Assembly (NCBI GenBank): GCA_950097015.1
Contig: CATNEN010000039.1
Location: 12,834,001 to 12,898,000, forward strand
DNA length: 64,000 nt
Source: Macrostomum hystrix
Lineage: Eukaryota; Animalia; Platyhelminthes
Direction: 5' to 3'
Within the stretch, counting starts at the first letter, position 1, and every line of letters begins with the position of its first letter. A model generated the notes under the pieces. It saw nothing but the letters and a program-made list of their open reading frames with translations, made no database searches and was not told the DNA's origin. Shown here one piece after another: positions 60,761 through 64,000 of this stretch. The position numbers and the translations under genes were made by a program.

Positions 60761-63474
60761 CTAGGCCTGATTGGGCACACGGAGCAGTCCGGCCAGGCCC
60801 CACAAACTGTCTCTGCCCGAGTCAGCATCGCGCAGCAGCCGCAGATGCGGTCGGACTCGCCTGAGGCAGGCGCGCAGCGACATCAGACTCTGAGCTTGAA
60901 GGCCGCGAGTAATATTGCCAGTCGGGCTGTCTGGGTCAAGGAACGGATGCAGCACAGTCGCGGTGGGGACGCTGCTGCCGGCGGCCGACCTCCGGATCCA
61001 GCTGCCGTCGGCCAGGCTGTGCCGCGACAGCAGAGGCTCGTCACCAGATTGCAGAATATAGTCTAGAAAGTCTAACAGGAGGCGATGAGCAGAGTCTGGG
61101 GGCCAGCTGCTGCTGCCGCTGCTGTCCTGTACTTCAGATTCATCTGGTGCCGCCACCAGGTCGGCATTAATAGGCGGTAGGCAGCCCAGACGTTGCAGAT
61201 GTGCCAATAGCAGGCTGATCACCTGATCAGTTTGTGACAATTTAAATAGCTAATTGATTATTGATGGTGATGACAGCTGAGAAAGCCTTAACTGCTGCAG
61301 TTCAAGCAACTATTTATAAATATATAAAACTTAAATCCCTGTCGAATCATCCCTAGATCTAAAGCCAATTGAATTATCCATAATTTTGAAAACCCCTTTA
61401 ATTATACCTGGATTTTAAACACCTATCATTATATCAAGATTTAAAGCCCATTTAATTATCCCTAGATTTGAAACCCCTGTAATTATCCCTAGATTTGAAA
61501 CCCATTTAATAATCCCTAGGATTTAAAACCCATTTCATTATGCCTAGATTTGAAACCCATTTAATTATCCCTAGATTTGAAAGCCATTAAATTATCCCTA
61601 GAATCGAAGCCCATTAAATTATCCCTAGATTTGAAACCTATTTCATTATGCCTAGATTTTCAACCCATTTAATTATCCTTAGATTTGTAAGCCATTAAAT
61701 TATCCCTAGATTTTTAAGCCATTGAATTATCGATTGATTCGAATCCCCGTTAAAGTTTTCTTCAATTCTTAACCCGAAGCAAAAGCAGATAATCACCTTA
61801 AAATTGGACACGGACGTGTCTATCAGTGGCTTAGGACAGTGGCGCAGCAGCGACTTGACCACAATGATGAGTGTGAGCAGATCAGGTTGACGGCGGCACA
61901 GCTCAGTCAGGCAGGCCTCCAGCGCAGTGGCAGCGGGCTGAGCGGGGCCCAGATCAAAGCGGCAGTTCAGCAGAAGGCGATGCCGAGCAGTCCAGATTGG
62001 CACCAAGGCGTGGCCCAGGTAGTGCCGATCGCTGATCCACGGATCGGAGCGCAGCAGACTGGCGCCGAGGCGTAACAGGGGCGCGGCTGCAGAGTCGGGT
62101 GACGACAGGCGGAGATCAAGATCGGCGCCGACGCAGGCGCCGCCCCAGCGACAGGAGCCGCCGATCATCACCGAGTCGTTGCCAAGCCGGCTATGGCTCA
62201 GTCGCCTATTGAAGGCCTCCGCTAGGAGCAGTCGCGGCAGCAGCAGCAGCGGCTGGTTGGAATCCGCTGCCACAGCGGGGGACAGGCTGATGAGCGAGTG
62301 CCACGACCGCATCTGGCCAAGGAGGCTGGCCTGGAGGTGTGTGTGGGGATGGGATCTCTGAGGATTTGGTAGGTGGGGATGGGATCTATGGGGATCTGGT
62401 AGGTGGGGATGGGATCTCTGAGGATCCGGTAGCTGGGGAAGGGATCTTTAAGGATTTGGTAGGTAGGGATGGGTTATTTTATGTGACAATAGGATGATTT
62501 TAGTTATCTGAAAACATACAACAGGATGTACAGGATGACAATACTTTATGAAGCCTTACCTCAGCGGCAAGCTTCTGATCAACAACATCAGTTGCCATGA
62601 CTGCAGGGCCTCCTACTGTGACGAGGTCATCAGAGCCACCCCTGCTGCTCTCTGGCACTCGCTGTTTTCTCCAGGACTGCGGAAATGCTGCAAACACTGG
62701 ATAGTCAGGACAGGATGAGTTGCGAAATCTACGCGCGGGAGAGGCTGCATCAACTGAGTAGGGCCTGTGATGACAGGATATTGTGACAGACATTTTCATT
62801 CATAGCTACATGTATTTTCGACACTAACATTTTAACTTTTGATCTGGCCAGTTGAAAATTATTTACAGATCATTGTCAATAGTCAATGGACCGCTAGTTA
62901 ATAAATTAACTTGATAAGATTTTACTTATCAAGTACTTGAGCCTGAGGGGATAACAACTGATGGGATAACTTTACTTGAGCCTGAGGGGATAACAACTGA
63001 TGGGATAATGGTATTTTAGCCTGAGGGGACAAACACTGATTGGGTTACAGTTTTTAAACCTCAGGGGATAAACCAGCATGACAGATTTTTGTGCACACAG
63101 CAACTAAAGAACTGCAATAACATAAATAAAAGAAGGATACTGGGCTATTATAAAATAACAGACCACAGTGTGACAGACTGTCTGTCAAGAAAGAAGGCTG
63201 CATCAGACTGGCTGCGCATCTGCAATACTAGTAGGTTGTGTCGCGGATAGTAAATGCATCGTTCAATCATGGATCGTCGGCTATCACTGAGGAGGCCATC
63301 AAGGCATGGTGGAGTTGTGGTGGCTGGAGCTGTCTGATGAATTGAGCCAGAGGCTGGGAAGGCAAGGCAACGCTGGGCTAGCTGGCACATACCAGAAAAT
63401 GCATCAATCTCTGAGGAGGCTGCAGCTGAAGCAGCGCTGCCAAGAACTGCCACTATGTTTTTTGCTTGTTTTTT
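60761..63474 (-). CDS. Non-canonical poly(A)/poly(U) polymerase, MTPAP/TUT1-like, >=4 exons
   Basis: Exons 63474-63164 (RRM-like IERCIYYPRHNLLVLQM), 62764-62560, 62330-61797 (IGGSCRWGGACVGADLDL = G[GS]..DxD; RFDL; SNFK), 61222-60761 (LLLAHLQ...LPP; LHPF...NIT, PAP-associated-like); junctions phase-compatible. Confidence 0.7.
61345..61730. repeat. Degenerate ~30-bp intronic repeat
   Basis: aattatccctagatttgaaacccattt units. Confidence 0.85.
62335..62475. repeat. Short G-rich ~30-bp intronic repeat next to a splice acceptor
   Basis: ggtaggtggggatgggatctctgaggat units. Confidence 0.75.
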
Positions 63475-64000
63475 CTGTAAGCAGAAATACAATGGCCAAG
63501 TGAGGTCATGGACAACTGGACATGGCAAAGTGATGACTTAGTCAAATAGATGGCTATTGATGCTAGCTATATAGCAAATTAAAAACTAACTTCAGAAATC
63601 AACTTAGGGCCTATCAAACATGACTATATTTAGGGCATCTTTTCTTGAAATGAACATAAAAAAGTATTTTATAGCCAGTTATTTAAGTAAAGTTTTTACT
63701 CGGCAATGTTCTTTGAAGACATTAGGCCTAGTGCCTAGCTTAAGCAAAAATTCTGACTTTGTTCCAAAAACTAAAGTCTCGATAGATTTATATTTTAGTT
63801 TGCTATATACTATCTAGGTATGCCTAGCCTATTTCAACATAAATATTCATAAATAGACTCTACCAAATTTTGTTAACATTGTTTACCTGCCAAACAATCG
63901 ATATATCCTTTCATTTTTTAATCGAAATATTGAAAATACATATTGGCTATCAAAAGACAAAAGTTAGCAATTAGGACTTCTTAGGTTTACACTTCATAAC

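Noticed and set aside
63148-63528. SMG8 N-terminus
   Set aside because: Superficial resemblance only; the exon splices in phase into the nucleotidyltransferase exons and fits an RRM-like domain.

Overview
Eukaryotic (metazoan) genomic DNA with GC-rich, GT-AG-spliced exons among AT-rich spacers, about 20 private tandem-repeat arrays and decayed transposons. The overall style suggests a free-living flatworm such as Macrostomum; this is an inference, not proven. Nine spliced genes can be assembled by eye: FAAH-like amidase (+), secreted PAN/apple+fibrinogen-domain protein (-), CCDC61/VFL3 (-), CFP1/CXXC1 with no visible CXXC finger (-), alpha-1,3-fucosyltransferase (+), a two-exon NPY-family neuropeptide precursor ending RPRY-G-R (-), a giant (>2700 aa) 14-aa-repeat coiled-coil protein (+), NAXD (-) and an MTPAP/TUT1-like nucleotidyltransferase (-). 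Mobile DNA comprises a mariner pseudogene, a long-TIR Tc1-like deletion derivative, hAT non-autonomous elements with 8-bp TSDs, a tRNA-derived SINE family and non-LTR fragments. Four observations stand out. (1) NAXD has an AUG-less mitochondrial-presequence-like extension in phase 0 after a lone splice acceptor, which an AUG-terminated flatworm spliced leader would complete. (2) Two co-oriented gene pairs about 1 kb apart look operon-like. (3) Several tandem arrays are seeded exactly on functional boundaries (two splice donors, a stop codon, a SINE A-box). (4) Repeat-amplified X-box-like and E-box motifs lie upstream of the basal-body gene CCDC61. All exon structures are manual predictions without transcript evidence.
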